Position numbers and translations under genes: made by a program | The notes under the pieces: model-generated | Told to the model about the DNA's origin: nothing | The model's input: only the letters and a program-made list of their open reading frames with translations | Database searches by the model: none | Shown here: positions 26,397 through 36,059 of the stretch, in pieces | How positions within the stretch are numbered: position 1 is the stretch's first letter | Layout: each line of letters begins with the position of its first letter | Source of the DNA: Spirochaetes bacterium ADurb.Bin215 | Lineage (GTDB): Bacteria; Spirochaetota; Spirochaetia; Treponematales; Treponemataceae | Reading direction: 5' to 3' | Assembly (NCBI GenBank): GCA_002070025.1 | Contig: MWCL01000004.1 | Coordinates: forward strand, 2,258-66,257 | Length of the DNA: 64,000 nt

Positions 26397-29078
26397 ATGT
26401 CCGAGTCGTTGATCAAATCTGTCCAGAATATGCTTAATGAAGAAAAATGGACCCGTGCAACCATCAGCAATTATTCCGTTACCAATTTCAAGGATATGGA
26501 CGACGCCATCAAGGAAGCGTCCAAAGCGAAATGCCTTGACGAAATAAAAAGTCTTTGCGACGAACATCTTGCACACACCAAGAACAGCATTATCGCGCTG
26601 TATCTTTCGGGTATCATTGCCCTGTCCAAGCAGCTGCTTGATGATTCGGCCATGGTCAACCTGGTGAGCATCTTTATCGACAATCATAAAACACAGATCG
26701 TTGAACACCTGTGCAAGCGTGTCCTCGAATTCGGTGAATCAAAGTACGCCCTGCGCACCCTTGCCGATACCTACAAGGCCGAGAACAACGATGCCATGTA
26801 CGAAATCTGGGAGCGCCTGGTAAAAATCGACTACGAAGAAGCGGACATAGCAAAACTGCTCGCGGAAAAATACGAACGCGACGGCGACATCGAAAACGCG
26901 GTTGAATACTATAAAAAGGCACTCTACCGGTACATAAACCGCCATCAGACCAATTCGGTCAAGGAAGTATGGACCCATCTTGTGTCCCTCATTCCTGAAG
27001 AAATCGACTTTTTCTATCATGTTCAGCGCAAGATTTCCAAGAATATCGGCGACGACCGCAGCGCCATGCTCATGCAGGAAGTCTATGTGTACTACAAGGA
27101 AAACTCGGACTGGGATGTTGCCATCGACATCCTGAAGACCATTCTTTCCTGCGACGACAAGGATTCCTGGGCACGCAAGGAAATTGTTGAATGCTTCCGC
27201 GGCAAGTATGCCGGACACAGTCTCCTCGAAGAGTATATCCGCGCGTCGAACCTGAACCAGAGCTGGCGCAACATATTCGAGGCTATTGCCGAGTTTGAAA
27301 AGCACATCTCCTTCGACGCAGGAAACTTTGTATTCCACCGCTCCTGGGGTGTCGGACGCATAGCCAAGGTAACCAACGACGAAATCACCATTGATTTCTC
27401 GAAAAAGCGCAACCATACCATGAGCCTCAAAATGGCGGTCAACGCCCTTCAAACGCTCAGCCGCGAACACATTTGGGTTCTCAAGTCCATCTGGAAAAAG
27501 GAAAAACTTACCGCCAAGATCAAGGAAGATCCCGTATGGGCGCTCAAGACCATAATCCGCAGTTACGACAACAATTGCGATCTCAAGCATATCAAGGCGG
27601 AACTCGTTCCCCAGGTACTCACGGTGAACGAATGGACCAGCTGGAGCACCAAGGCACGGAACATCCTCAAGGATGATCCCTCCTTCGGGGTAAACGCGAC
27701 CAATATCGACATGTTCATGGTCCGCGACCGCCCCATTTCCCTCGAGGAAAAACTATTCAACGAATTCAAGGCACAGAAAAATTTCTTCTCCCGCATTGAT
27801 CTCCTGCTCACCTTCTCCCAGAAGGCTGATCCCGAATCCGAGTTTTTTGCCGAAATGTTCAGCTACTTTGCCGGATACCTCAAGGCATTTAATCAGGTAA
27901 ATGAACAGATCATCGCATCGTATCTGGTCATCAAACAGATTGTGGCGGCGCATCCCCATCTGAATCCCGGGCTTCAGTACAATTTCGCCGAGCTGTTTGC
28001 AGAAGTTGATGATCCTTCCGCCGTATATACAGCAATCAAGGACAATGGCCTCAAAAAGAGCTACCTGCAGCACATCAAGAATTTCATAACCGACTGGCCC
28101 GATGTCTACATCAAACTCTTCCCCACAGTACTCTCTGCGGACATTCTCGAAGCCCTCGTATCCGAAGGCTACACCGACAAGATTACGGCCCTCGTACAGC
28201 TGTCGTTTGAAAACTACCGCGATTATCGCGAAGCCGCCATCTGGTTCTTCAAGAACGCGCAGGAAGCCGACTGGTTCACCGCCGCGGGTCTCGGATTCGA
28301 AAAGCAGTTGATAACCCTCATTCACATTCTGGACATCACCTATCGTGAGATCGAGAATCACCGCGACACCACCGAGAACCGGAAAATCAACCGGCAGGTG
28401 CAGGCAATACTGTTCGGAAAAGAAAGCCTTCTCGCGAGTTTCATGTCTGAAAATGATTCGGACACCGTTACCCGTCTGTACACCCTCATAGACGACGTGA
28501 AGGATCTTGATCCCGCAATCAAGATGCAGCTCCGCAACGCCATCCTCGAATCCCACAAGGGTTTCAAGTTCTTCGGTTCCGAAGAAAAAACCGTTGTGTC
28601 GCGCGGACTCATTGTTACCGGGAAAATGCTCGAAGAAAAGAAAAAACAGCTTCAGAATATCGTGGATGTGGAAATGCCTGCAAACTCCAAGGAAATCGGA
28701 TATGCCCTTTCTCTTGGAGACCTTCGAGAAAACGCCGAGTACAAGGCAGCGAAGGAGCGCCAGACCATTCTGAACACCACCGCGACACGCCTCCAGGAGG
28801 AGATTGAACGGGCGATTGTATTCGATCCTACAACTGTTGTTATCTCCCGTGTTTCGTTCGGTACGGTCGTAACCCTCAAGAACAACAAGGAAAACACCGA
28901 GGAAACCTACACCATCCTGGGACCCTGGGAATCCGATCCCGACAATTTCGTCATTTCCTATATGTCGCCATTCGGAAACGCCATTCTCAACCGCAAGGTT
29001 GGAGAAGAACTGACCTTTACCATCAACGAACGGGAATATAATTATACGATTACATCTATCACTGCTGCGTCAATCTGA
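26397..29078 (+). CDS. greA: Transcription elongation factor GreA with a ~730-aa N-terminal extension
   Basis: The C-terminal ~150 aa form a GreA/GreB domain: GDLRENAEYKAAKERQ..., VSFGTVVTLKN, YTILGPWESDP...ISYMSPFGNAILNRKVGE. The N-terminal ~730 aa are helical and unassigned. Confidence 0.8.
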   Translation: MSESLIKSVQNMLNEEKWTRATISNYSVTNFKDMDDAIKEASKAKCLDEIKSLCDEHLAHTKNSIIALYLSGIIALSKQLLDDSAMVNLVSIFIDNHKTQIVEHLCKRVLEFGESKYALRTLADTYKAENNDAMYEIWERLVKIDYEEADIAKLLAEKYERDGDIENAVEYYKKALYRYINRHQTNSVKEVWTHLVSLIPEEIDFFYHVQRKISKNIGDDRSAMLMQEVYVYYKENSDWDVAIDILKTILSCDDKDSWARKEIVECFRGKYAGHSLLEEYIRASNLNQSWRNIFEAIAEFEKHISFDAGNFVFHRSWGVGRIAKVTNDEITIDFSKKRNHTMSLKMAVNALQTLSREHIWVLKSIWKKEKLTAKIKEDPVWALKTIIRSYDNNCDLKHIKAELVPQVLTVNEWTSWSTKARNILKDDPSFGVNATNIDMFMVRDRPISLEEKLFNEFKAQKNFFSRIDLLLTFSQKADPESEFFAEMFSYFAGYLKAFNQVNEQIIASYLVIKQIVAAHPHLNPGLQYNFAELFAEVDDPSAVYTAIKDNGLKKSYLQHIKNFITDWPDVYIKLFPTVLSADILEALVSEGYTDKITALVQLSFENYRDYREAAIWFFKNAQEADWFTAAGLGFEKQLITLIHILDITYREIENHRDTTENRKINRQVQAILFGKESLLASFMSENDSDTVTRLYTLIDDVKDLDPAIKMQLRNAILESHKGFKFFGSEEKTVVSRGLIVTGKMLEEKKKQLQNIVDVEMPANSKEIGYALSLGDLRENAEYKAAKERQTILNTTATRLQEEIERAIVFDPTTVVISRVSFGTVVTLKNNKENTEETYTILGPWESDPDNFVISYMSPFGNAILNRKVGEELTFTINEREYNYTITSITAASI

Positions 29079-29083
29079 TTTTT

Positions 29084-30955
29084 TTGAGGAGAATGCGCAT
29101 GAGGAATGTAAAAAGGTTTATCGCGGTTATCGTACTGCTTTGTGCATCATGTGTGCTGTTTGCCTCCGGAGCGGACATCGTTGTTTTGATGGACGCTTCC
29201 GGGACAATACTGCCCTGGTTTGACCAGGTTAACAGCCGCATACTCCCGGATATAACTCGGAAATTTGTCCGCCAGGGCGATACATTCCATCTCATATCCT
29301 TCAATTCACGCGTGAATCTGGAGATTGTCCAGCCGGTACAGAACGAACAGGATGTCTCCCGGGTTGTTTCCCGATTCATGCTCCTCTACCCGCTCGGACA
29401 AAATTCCGACTTCCTTTCGGGACTCAATTACACTCACCAGTATGTATCATCGCTCCCCGAACGGGAGAACAAGATCGTTATCATCATTTCGGACGGGATC
29501 TTCAATCCGCCGGAGAACAGCCGGTACGCCGGAATGAGCCCGGCAGACGCGCAAACGGAGCTTTCCTCCCTTGCCCGCCGTATTCGCAGCGCCGGCTGGG
29601 AAGTATATTACATCAAGCTTCCCTTCCCGGAAAACGCGGTTATCCGTTCTCTTGACGATACGATACTCGCGGACACCTCGGCGGGACATCCTGACGGTGA
29701 AACACGGGAGTACCTGGACGTTTCGTCAGAATTTACCGAGCAGATGGATATCCGCCCGAGCGAGTTCATAGGCGAAGACGTTCCGGTCGATTTCGTGGAC
29801 AGCGTGTTCTCCCTCCCCGAGGTCGAGTTTCCGCAAGATATCGGAAAGAAGGGACACTATTTCGTTCTTCCCCTTAAAGTGACGAACGTATCCGACCAAA
29901 CGGTACATCTAGAACTGACCGGTGTTGTTCATGATTCCATCAACGTTTTGGACAGTACCGAGTTTTTACGCCTCAAACCCGGAAAAAAGGGAACGCTGCG
30001 GGCGCATATCCAGTTACCCGAAACCCTGCCCCTCGGCAAGCAGAGCGTTCCCCTTTCGCTCCGCTTTTCCGGCAATGTACGGACGGTTCCCCAGTCAGCG
30101 TATGTAACGCTTGAGCTGGTTTCCTTTTCAATTCGCCAGAGTCTCCACCGCGGTGGACCGGTCGCATACGCACTCATTCTCGTTCTTTTTGCTGTCCTGA
30201 TCGTAGCGCTGGTACTGTTCCTCATTGCCCGCCGGACCTCTGGTCCCGCCGCGGCAGCATTGCGTACTGCCGGAACCCGGGACGCCGAGTCGTCCGGCAT
30301 GGAAAACGCCGCATTCGCTTCGGGTGAGAACCGCGACAAGAACATTGCCTACACCACCGGCGAAAACCGCGACAAGCACCTCGCCTACACCACCGGCGAG
30401 AACCACGACAAGAATATCTCGTTTGAGCTTGAACACGATAATTCCACCGCTACCCTTGCCGCACAGGCATCTGAACTTGAAAAGGCCCGTCGTGAACGCT
30501 ATTCCATTCTTTCCGGCGCGGCCCCTGTGCATGCCGCCCGGCTTGAACATCGTCAGGGAGCCCGGGCAGGAGAAGCAATTGCAGTGCGTGAAGACCGCAG
30601 CATCATGCTTAACCTGTTCGTAACAAACCAGAATACTGCCATCGGTCGCAGAAACGTACATCGAATGAAAGCCGGCTCTCGCCTGTCACTGGGCGGCGGT
30701 GCATCCGCTTTTCTCGTGTTCCTGGTTCACTTCCCCTCCCGTATCGCTGAAGTCCGCTTCGACGGCGTTCAGTGCACGCTTGCTATCCTGAAACCCGAGT
30801 TTTTCCCGTATGAGGAAGAGGTTATTATAGAGAACTGTATTGACCGCGAGTTTACCCTGGTCTCGGACCATGGGTATGAAGTGAGTTTTACGCTTCGTGA
30901 ATTCGAGGATCCGGTGGAACGGCTGAACCGCCTTCTCACCTCAATTCACTACTGA
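29084..30955 (+). CDS. vWA-domain membrane protein with an internal 13-aa tandem repeat
   Basis: Signal/anchor sequence, then DIVVLMDASGTILPWF (MIDAS-like DxSxT) and IIISDG. A TM segment follows (VAYALILVLFAVLIVALVLFLIA), then the GENRDKNIAYTT repeats and an unassigned C-terminal domain. Confidence 0.65.
   Translation: MRRMRMRNVKRFIAVIVLLCASCVLFASGADIVVLMDASGTILPWFDQVNSRILPDITRKFVRQGDTFHLISFNSRVNLEIVQPVQNEQDVSRVVSRFMLLYPLGQNSDFLSGLNYTHQYVSSLPERENKIVIIISDGIFNPPENSRYAGMSPADAQTELSSLARRIRSAGWEVYYIKLPFPENAVIRSLDDTILADTSAGHPDGETREYLDVSSEFTEQMDIRPSEFIGEDVPVDFVDSVFSLPEVEFPQDIGKKGHYFVLPLKVTNVSDQTVHLELTGVVHDSINVLDSTEFLRLKPGKKGTLRAHIQLPETLPLGKQSVPLSLRFSGNVRTVPQSAYVTLELVSFSIRQSLHRGGPVAYALILVLFAVLIVALVLFLIARRTSGPAAAALRTAGTRDAESSGMENAAFASGENRDKNIAYTTGENRDKHLAYTTGENHDKNISFELEHDNSTATLAAQASELEKARRERYSILSGAAPVHAARLEHRQGARAGEAIAVREDRSIMLNLFVTNQNTAIGRRNVHRMKAGSRLSLGGGASAFLVFLVHFPSRIAEVRFDGVQCTLAILKPEFFPYEEEVIIENCIDREFTLVSDHGYEVSFTLREFEDPVERLNRLLTSIHY
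30323..30427 (+). repeat. In-frame 39-bp tandem repeat, about 2.7 copies, inside the vWA gene
   Basis: GENRDKNIAYTT / GENRDKHLAYTT / GENHDKNISF; the nucleotide units are about 85-90% identical. Confidence 0.8.
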
Positions 30956-30972
30956 GTCTCTTCTTTACCTGG

Positions 30973-32310
30973 TTATTCTTCCCCGAGGGCGCGCTTTGCC
31001 TGACGCTGCAAGCCGCCCATCTTTTCGTCCGCAGCTATTGATTCCACATGGCCTTTCAAATTGGTAAATCTGTTTTTATTGTACATCTCTATACCCAGAC
31101 TTTTAGTGGCAACGTCCTTGTGCTGAATATAGGCTTCAGCCACATCGGACAGGGCGGGATCACCCTGTTTGACAAAAAGTTTGCCAAGCTCGTACCGCAG
31201 CCATTTCTTACGGTCATCTTTCAGACTTGCGAACGCAACCTGAACGGCATCGTTAACCACAGATGAAGAATCATGTTTCATGAGCGCCTGGATGATGGTC
31301 ATACGGGTTTTGTCCGGCGTTTTTTCATTTCGTACCTGTTCCAGCATCCAGCGAATGCTCTCAGATTCACCAAGAAGGGCCAGTACATCGATGGATTTCG
31401 CTTTTACCGCATCTACGGGATCCGTCTGCGCCCGGTACTGTACAAATGGCGCGGCATCCGCGATCTTGAGCTTCTCAACCGCGTTCAGCGCTTCAAGCCG
31501 TACCCGATAATGAGTATCCTTGAGAGCTTCAAGAACAACATCGACAACAACCTGTCCCGAATAGCCCGATAGTCCGGACACTGCGGCGGAACGGAGCAGC
31601 GGATCATCCGTTTCGAACAACCCGGCAAGCAAGTCGTCACCGCCTTCCCGTCCAATTGATCCGATTGCGCGAACCGCCGTTGCCCGGATCATGATGTTTT
31701 CATCCTCATTTTGTGCAATTGAAACGAAATCGTCCCAGACAGCATCGCTTTTAAGTTCGCCGAGCGCTTCCATCACATTTTGACGTATGATGAGGCGCTG
31801 ACGTTCGTCACCTTCGATTGTACCCTGCAGATAGTCAACGAGATAGGCTGCGTCGTCGGCTGTACCGATTTTCCCGAGTGTTCGTATTGCCTGGTCGCGG
31901 AACTCCTCGGACTCATTGTCCAGGATGGTCCTCACCAAGGGGGAAGCTTCCGGCGGCTTTATTTTCTGTACATAGGAAAAAACGGCGGACACCGTTGAAT
32001 TACGGTAGTCCCAGGGATCAGCGAGAACTTCCAGCGCAAAGGATGAAAAAGCCGGATTCTCCAGCGCCGCGTACATTGAAAGAATGCTTTCCCGTACAGC
32101 AACGCTCCTCGTACGGGAAAAAAGCGATTCAAGATCCGCATTGTAGGTGGTATCTTCTTTATCCCGCAATTCAGTAACAAGCTCCACTATTTCGTTCTCG
32201 AGCCCGTACCGGAGAACATCCCGCCGTTTGTCGTTGCTCTGGGCCGAAAGAGTGGATAGAAAAGCGGTACTAATGCAAAGAACTGCGATTTTTTTCAGGG
32301 AATGATTCAC
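30973..32310 (-). CDS. Exported HEAT-repeat protein
   Basis: Signal peptide plus repeated HEAT/PBS-lyase-like units (IRATAVRAIGSIG, LRSAAVSGLSG, VRLEALNAVEKL). Confidence 0.65.
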   Translation of the reverse strand: MNHSLKKIAVLCISTAFLSTLSAQSNDKRRDVLRYGLENEIVELVTELRDKEDTTYNADLESLFSRTRSVAVRESILSMYAALENPAFSSFALEVLADPWDYRNSTVSAVFSYVQKIKPPEASPLVRTILDNESEEFRDQAIRTLGKIGTADDAAYLVDYLQGTIEGDERQRLIIRQNVMEALGELKSDAVWDDFVSIAQNEDENIMIRATAVRAIGSIGREGGDDLLAGLFETDDPLLRSAAVSGLSGYSGQVVVDVVLEALKDTHYRVRLEALNAVEKLKIADAAPFVQYRAQTDPVDAVKAKSIDVLALLGESESIRWMLEQVRNEKTPDKTRMTIIQALMKHDSSSVVNDAVQVAFASLKDDRKKWLRYELGKLFVKQGDPALSDVAEAYIQHKDVATKSLGIEMYNKNRFTNLKGHVESIAADEKMGGLQRQAKRALGEE

Positions 32311-33446
32311 GATACGCCCCCGGTGATTCGTTTCATGAACTGGTTTCGATACTCCGTAAAGGTCCCCTGCGCGATAGCAGTGCGAACCTCACCCATCATG
32401 GTATGTAAAAAAGCGAGATTGTGAAAGGTTGCAAGCATGGAGAAAAGAATTTCGTCCTGCTTGTAGAGGTGGCGAAGATAGGCCCGGGAATAGTCACGGC
32501 AAACCCTGCAGGTACAGGACGGATCAATCGGACCGAAGTCCCGGGTATTACTCTCCCGCTTTATGGATAACTGGCCGTCCCGTGTGAAAAGGGATCCGTT
32601 CCTGGCGTTGCGTGTGGGAAGCACACAGTCAAAAATGTCTATACCGTGATACACGGCATCGAGAATGTAATCCGGCGTACCGATTCCCATGACATACCGC
32701 GGTTTGTCGTCCGGAAGGAGCTCGGCCGTAGATTCGAGAAATTCACGGTATATCTCCTGCGGTTCACCGACAGAGAGTCCACCTATCGCGATACCGGGCG
32801 TGTCAATTTCGAGAAGAGCGTCCACGCTTTCCTTGCGGAGATCATGGTAAAAATTGCCCTGTACAATTCCGAAGAGCTTGCCCTGATACTCGTCTTTTGT
32901 TTCAAGCCAGGCACGTTTTGCGCGGCGGGTCCAGTCGATGGTGATATCGAGCGCTTCACGTGCTTTTTTCCACTCGGTATCGTAGCCAGTGCATACATCG
33001 AGCTGCATCTGAATGTCGCTGTTAAGCTGTGCCTGAAGGCCCACAACAGATTCAGGAGTAAGAAAATGCGAGGAACCGTCGATGTGGCTTCGGAACTTGA
33101 CGCCTTCACGGGTAATTTTGCGAAAATCTGCAAGAGAAAACACCTGGTATCCGCCGGAGTCGGTCAAAAAGTTGCCTTTCCATCCCGAAAACCCGTGAAG
33201 CCCGCCTGCCTGCTCGATTATGTCGGTCCCGGGGCGGAGATACAGATGATAGGTATTAGCGAGGATTATCTCGAATCCTATTTCTTCAAGCCATTCTTTG
33301 GTAACTGCTTTTACTGTCGCGTTCGTTCCGACGGGCATGAACGCCGGAGTCTGCACGTCTCCATGCGGAAGGTGAATGATGCCGGTTCGTGCACGGCTTG
33401 CGGAATCCCGATGTATTTGGGTAAATATTGAATCGGTTTTTGGCAT
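32307..33446 (-). CDS. tgt: Queuine tRNA-ribosyltransferase
   Basis: ARTGIIHLPHGDVQTPAFMPVGT, LANTYHL, TDSGGYQVFS, and the Zn site CTCRVCRDYSRAYLRHL. Trimmed to ATG 33446, directly after the upstream gene's stop. Confidence 0.9.
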   Translation of the reverse strand: MPKTDSIFTQIHRDSASRARTGIIHLPHGDVQTPAFMPVGTNATVKAVTKEWLEEIGFEIILANTYHLYLRPGTDIIEQAGGLHGFSGWKGNFLTDSGGYQVFSLADFRKITREGVKFRSHIDGSSHFLTPESVVGLQAQLNSDIQMQLDVCTGYDTEWKKAREALDITIDWTRRAKRAWLETKDEYQGKLFGIVQGNFYHDLRKESVDALLEIDTPGIAIGGLSVGEPQEIYREFLESTAELLPDDKPRYVMGIGTPDYILDAVYHGIDIFDCVLPTRNARNGSLFTRDGQLSIKRESNTRDFGPIDPSCTCRVCRDYSRAYLRHLYKQDEILFSMLATFHNLAFLHTMMGEVRTAIAQGTFTEYRNQFMKRITGGVS

Positions 33447-33448
33447 GG

Positions 33449-34519
33449 TTACGTCCTTGCATACCGGAGCATGGCAATACTCCCGGCAATAAATACTACA
33501 ACCGGAAGCCAGGCTCCGGAAAGAGGAGAAATATACTCCCATTTCGACAAAATCATGGTTACCATCTGGGTTACGTAAAACGAAACCGCGATGGAAAGAC
33601 TGAGCAGCAAGCTCATGAGCATGATGTTTTTCTTGAATCTGCCCCCGAGTGATATGGAAAAAAACAATACGATAAAAATGGTAAACGGAAACGAGAACCG
33701 CTTGTAGTAATTTGCCAGCTGCTCGGTGTGGGGCAATCCCGCGCGGCGAATAAACCGTATATATTCTTTTGCTTCCGCCGAAGTCAATTCTTCAACCGTG
33801 GTTACGTTTCTGCGAAAAGTTTCGGGAGGTTCGGTAAGCTGAATATCGGATACGTTAGTGCTTATTGTTGCGGTGCCATCACGGGTAAAGGTGTACCGGG
33901 TCGGATCATTCATCTTCCAGGCACCGTCTTCCCAGAATGCGTTATTGCTCTGGATTACGTCCTGAAGTTCTCCCTCTTCCGTCCGGTGTACTATGAATAC
34001 ATTGTACATCCGTTTCTCGGCATCCTGATAATAGTCGGCAAAATAGACGATAGTTTCATCTTCCGACATGACTACGAGATTTGTATTGCTGAATGATTGA
34101 TCGGGATCAAGAAGAACCCGTGTGAGTGCGTTTTTTTCCGCAAGTGAATGAATAACCACCCGGTCCTCAAAGAAATACATACCGACCGAAAGCATGAACC
34201 CGAGTATCAACAGGGGCACCACAAGCCGGTACAGGGGATAGCCGGCAGAGAAAATTGAAGTAAGCTCGTTTCGCGCATAGAGGTTGCCCATGGTATACGA
34301 TGACGCAAAAAGTACAGCCATCGGCATGGAAAACGAAATGCACTTGGGAACGTACAACCACATTACCGTGAGCACATCTTTTGCGGATACGCTGTTCGCA
34401 AGATATTTCCATAGATTGGTAAAAAGATCCGCAAGCTGCAACAGCAAAATAAAAAAAAGAAGGGCAACAAAACAGACAGGAAGAAAATGGCGGATGAGGT
34501 AGCGCTGAAGGATTTTCAT
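33449..34519 (-). CDS. LptF/LptG family (YjgP/YjgQ) permease
   Basis: MKILQRYLIRHFLPVCFVALLFF...; the architecture is 3 TM segments, a periplasmic domain, then 3 TM segments. ATGA overlap with its upstream paralogue. Confidence 0.75.
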   Translation of the reverse strand: MKILQRYLIRHFLPVCFVALLFFILLLQLADLFTNLWKYLANSVSAKDVLTVMWLYVPKCISFSMPMAVLFASSYTMGNLYARNELTSIFSAGYPLYRLVVPLLILGFMLSVGMYFFEDRVVIHSLAEKNALTRVLLDPDQSFSNTNLVVMSEDETIVYFADYYQDAEKRMYNVFIVHRTEEGELQDVIQSNNAFWEDGAWKMNDPTRYTFTRDGTATISTNVSDIQLTEPPETFRRNVTTVEELTSAEAKEYIRFIRRAGLPHTEQLANYYKRFSFPFTIFIVLFFSISLGGRFKKNIMLMSLLLSLSIAVSFYVTQMVTMILSKWEYISPLSGAWLPVVVFIAGSIAMLRYART

Positions 34520-35622
34520 GAAAAGAACTTCCTCCCCAGAAAAAATACGCCCATGGACAGAACAACCATATTCGGCAGCCACATCATCACGGTGCCATTA
34601 AAACCGAGACGGATACTGAGGGTTTGACCGCCTATGAGCATGGACCAGTAAAACACGGCGATGAGCAAGCCCAGAATAAAACCGGTACTCTGCCCGTTAT
34701 GCTTTGAAGATAGCGCGAGGGGAAACGCAAGTATAACAAAAAAGAATGCTCCGAACGGTATGGAAAATTTCTTGTTGAATTCCATCTTGTACATATTGAA
34801 ACGCCGTTTACCGAGCTCCTCCTCTCCTGATTGCAATTCTGCATACAAATCGCGCGAACTCATTTCACGGGGCGTTATGGTTCCGGTATAAGCGGGAAGA
34901 ACATTTTTCGCGAGAATGTTGTACGAAATTTCTTCTGATGTAACAATATCGAACTGATTACGGTCTTTACGGTTAAAAATAACCGCATTCGAGTCATTCA
35001 TTTTCATGGACATGAGAATGGCACCGGTAGTTGACTTTACTATTTCCGCGCCGGGAGCCGCGATAACCCGTTTGTTTCCATCTTCATCGGTATCAACCAC
35101 AAGCAATTTGTCCATTACCGAATCCTTGACGGTACCGGTAACCACGATGGCCCGTTCGTTTCTTCGTATTGAATTTGATTCAAGCTCCAGAGCCGGGGTC
35201 GATGTAAGTATCTTGCGGTAGAGGCGATTAAAATGGATGGTACCGGCCGGAAGTAATATATCATTTGTTACAAATGACACAAGCGAGATCAGCATACCGA
35301 CACAAAGAACGGGAATTATTATAAATCGCATGGAAACACCGAGCGTATTCATGGATAGTATTTCACGATCGCTCACGAGCCGTCCCACACCCATGAGGGT
35401 ACCAACCAGTGCGGCAAATGGAGCCGATGTTGCAATGATTGACGGCAATGCAAAAATAATCAATTTTACCACGTCGAAAAATGGAGCCTTTTTTGAAAGG
35501 ACTTCTTCAGCCATCAATAAAATCTGGTTTACAAAGAAAACGAGAAAGAAAAACAGGAAGGAGATGAAAAAATAGAGCAGCATTTCCTTCGCTATATACA
35601 AAAAAAGCGTTTTGCGCATCAT
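34516..35622 (-). CDS. LptF/LptG family (YjgP/YjgQ) permease
   Basis: LFLYIAKEMLLYFFISFLFFFLVFFVNQILL...; same architecture as its neighbour. Confidence 0.75.
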   Translation of the reverse strand: MMRKTLFLYIAKEMLLYFFISFLFFFLVFFVNQILLMAEEVLSKKAPFFDVVKLIIFALPSIIATSAPFAALVGTLMGVGRLVSDREILSMNTLGVSMRFIIIPVLCVGMLISLVSFVTNDILLPAGTIHFNRLYRKILTSTPALELESNSIRRNERAIVVTGTVKDSVMDKLLVVDTDEDGNKRVIAAPGAEIVKSTTGAILMSMKMNDSNAVIFNRKDRNQFDIVTSEEISYNILAKNVLPAYTGTITPREMSSRDLYAELQSGEEELGKRRFNMYKMEFNKKFSIPFGAFFFVILAFPLALSSKHNGQSTGFILGLLIAVFYWSMLIGGQTLSIRLGFNGTVMMWLPNMVVLSMGVFFLGRKFFS

Positions 35623-36059
35623 TGTATTCCGGTAGACCCGTACCCGCCGGCTGAACGATCGGTTCCGGAAAGTGTATCTGATTGGACGAAAACCGCCCGG
35701 GGTACTTTTGACAATACCAATTGGGCAATGCGGTCGCCATTTTGCACGGTAAACGGTTCTGATCCGGAATTATACAAAACAATGCCGATCTCACCGCGAT
35801 AATCCGAATCAATGGTACCAGGAGTATTCATGACCGTAATACCGTGCTTGAGCGCAAGACCGGAACGAGGGCGTACCTGTATTTCATACTCCGGCGGAAT
35901 TTCCACCGTAATGCCGGTAGGGATGAGTGCACGAGATCCCGGCGCTATAACAACCGGTGTATCAATAAACGCCCGTATATCCGCCCCGGCGGCGCCTTCG
36001 GTGGTATACTCGGGAACACACGCGCCTTCCTTCACCACGGTACGTACCGTTATTTCCAT
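35619..36059 (-). CDS. dut: dUTP diphosphatase
   Basis: GAAGADIRA, RPRSGLALKHGITV, GTIDSDYRGEIGIVLYN, and a C-terminal RSAGGYGSTG. Confidence 0.9.
   Translation of the reverse strand: MEITVRTVVKEGACVPEYTTEGAAGADIRAFIDTPVVIAPGSRALIPTGITVEIPPEYEIQVRPRSGLALKHGITVMNTPGTIDSDYRGEIGIVLYNSGSEPFTVQNGDRIAQLVLSKVPRAVFVQSDTLSGTDRSAGGYGSTGIQ

Noticed and set aside
33448-33463. A sigma-54-like element, TGGTTA-N5-TTGCA, on the plus strand at the lptG-like/tgt boundary.
   Set aside because: The -24 box is imperfect and the orientation points antisense into the lptG-like gene, with no plus-strand gene downstream. It is most likely a chance match. I could not do an exhaustive sigma-54 promoter scan by eye.
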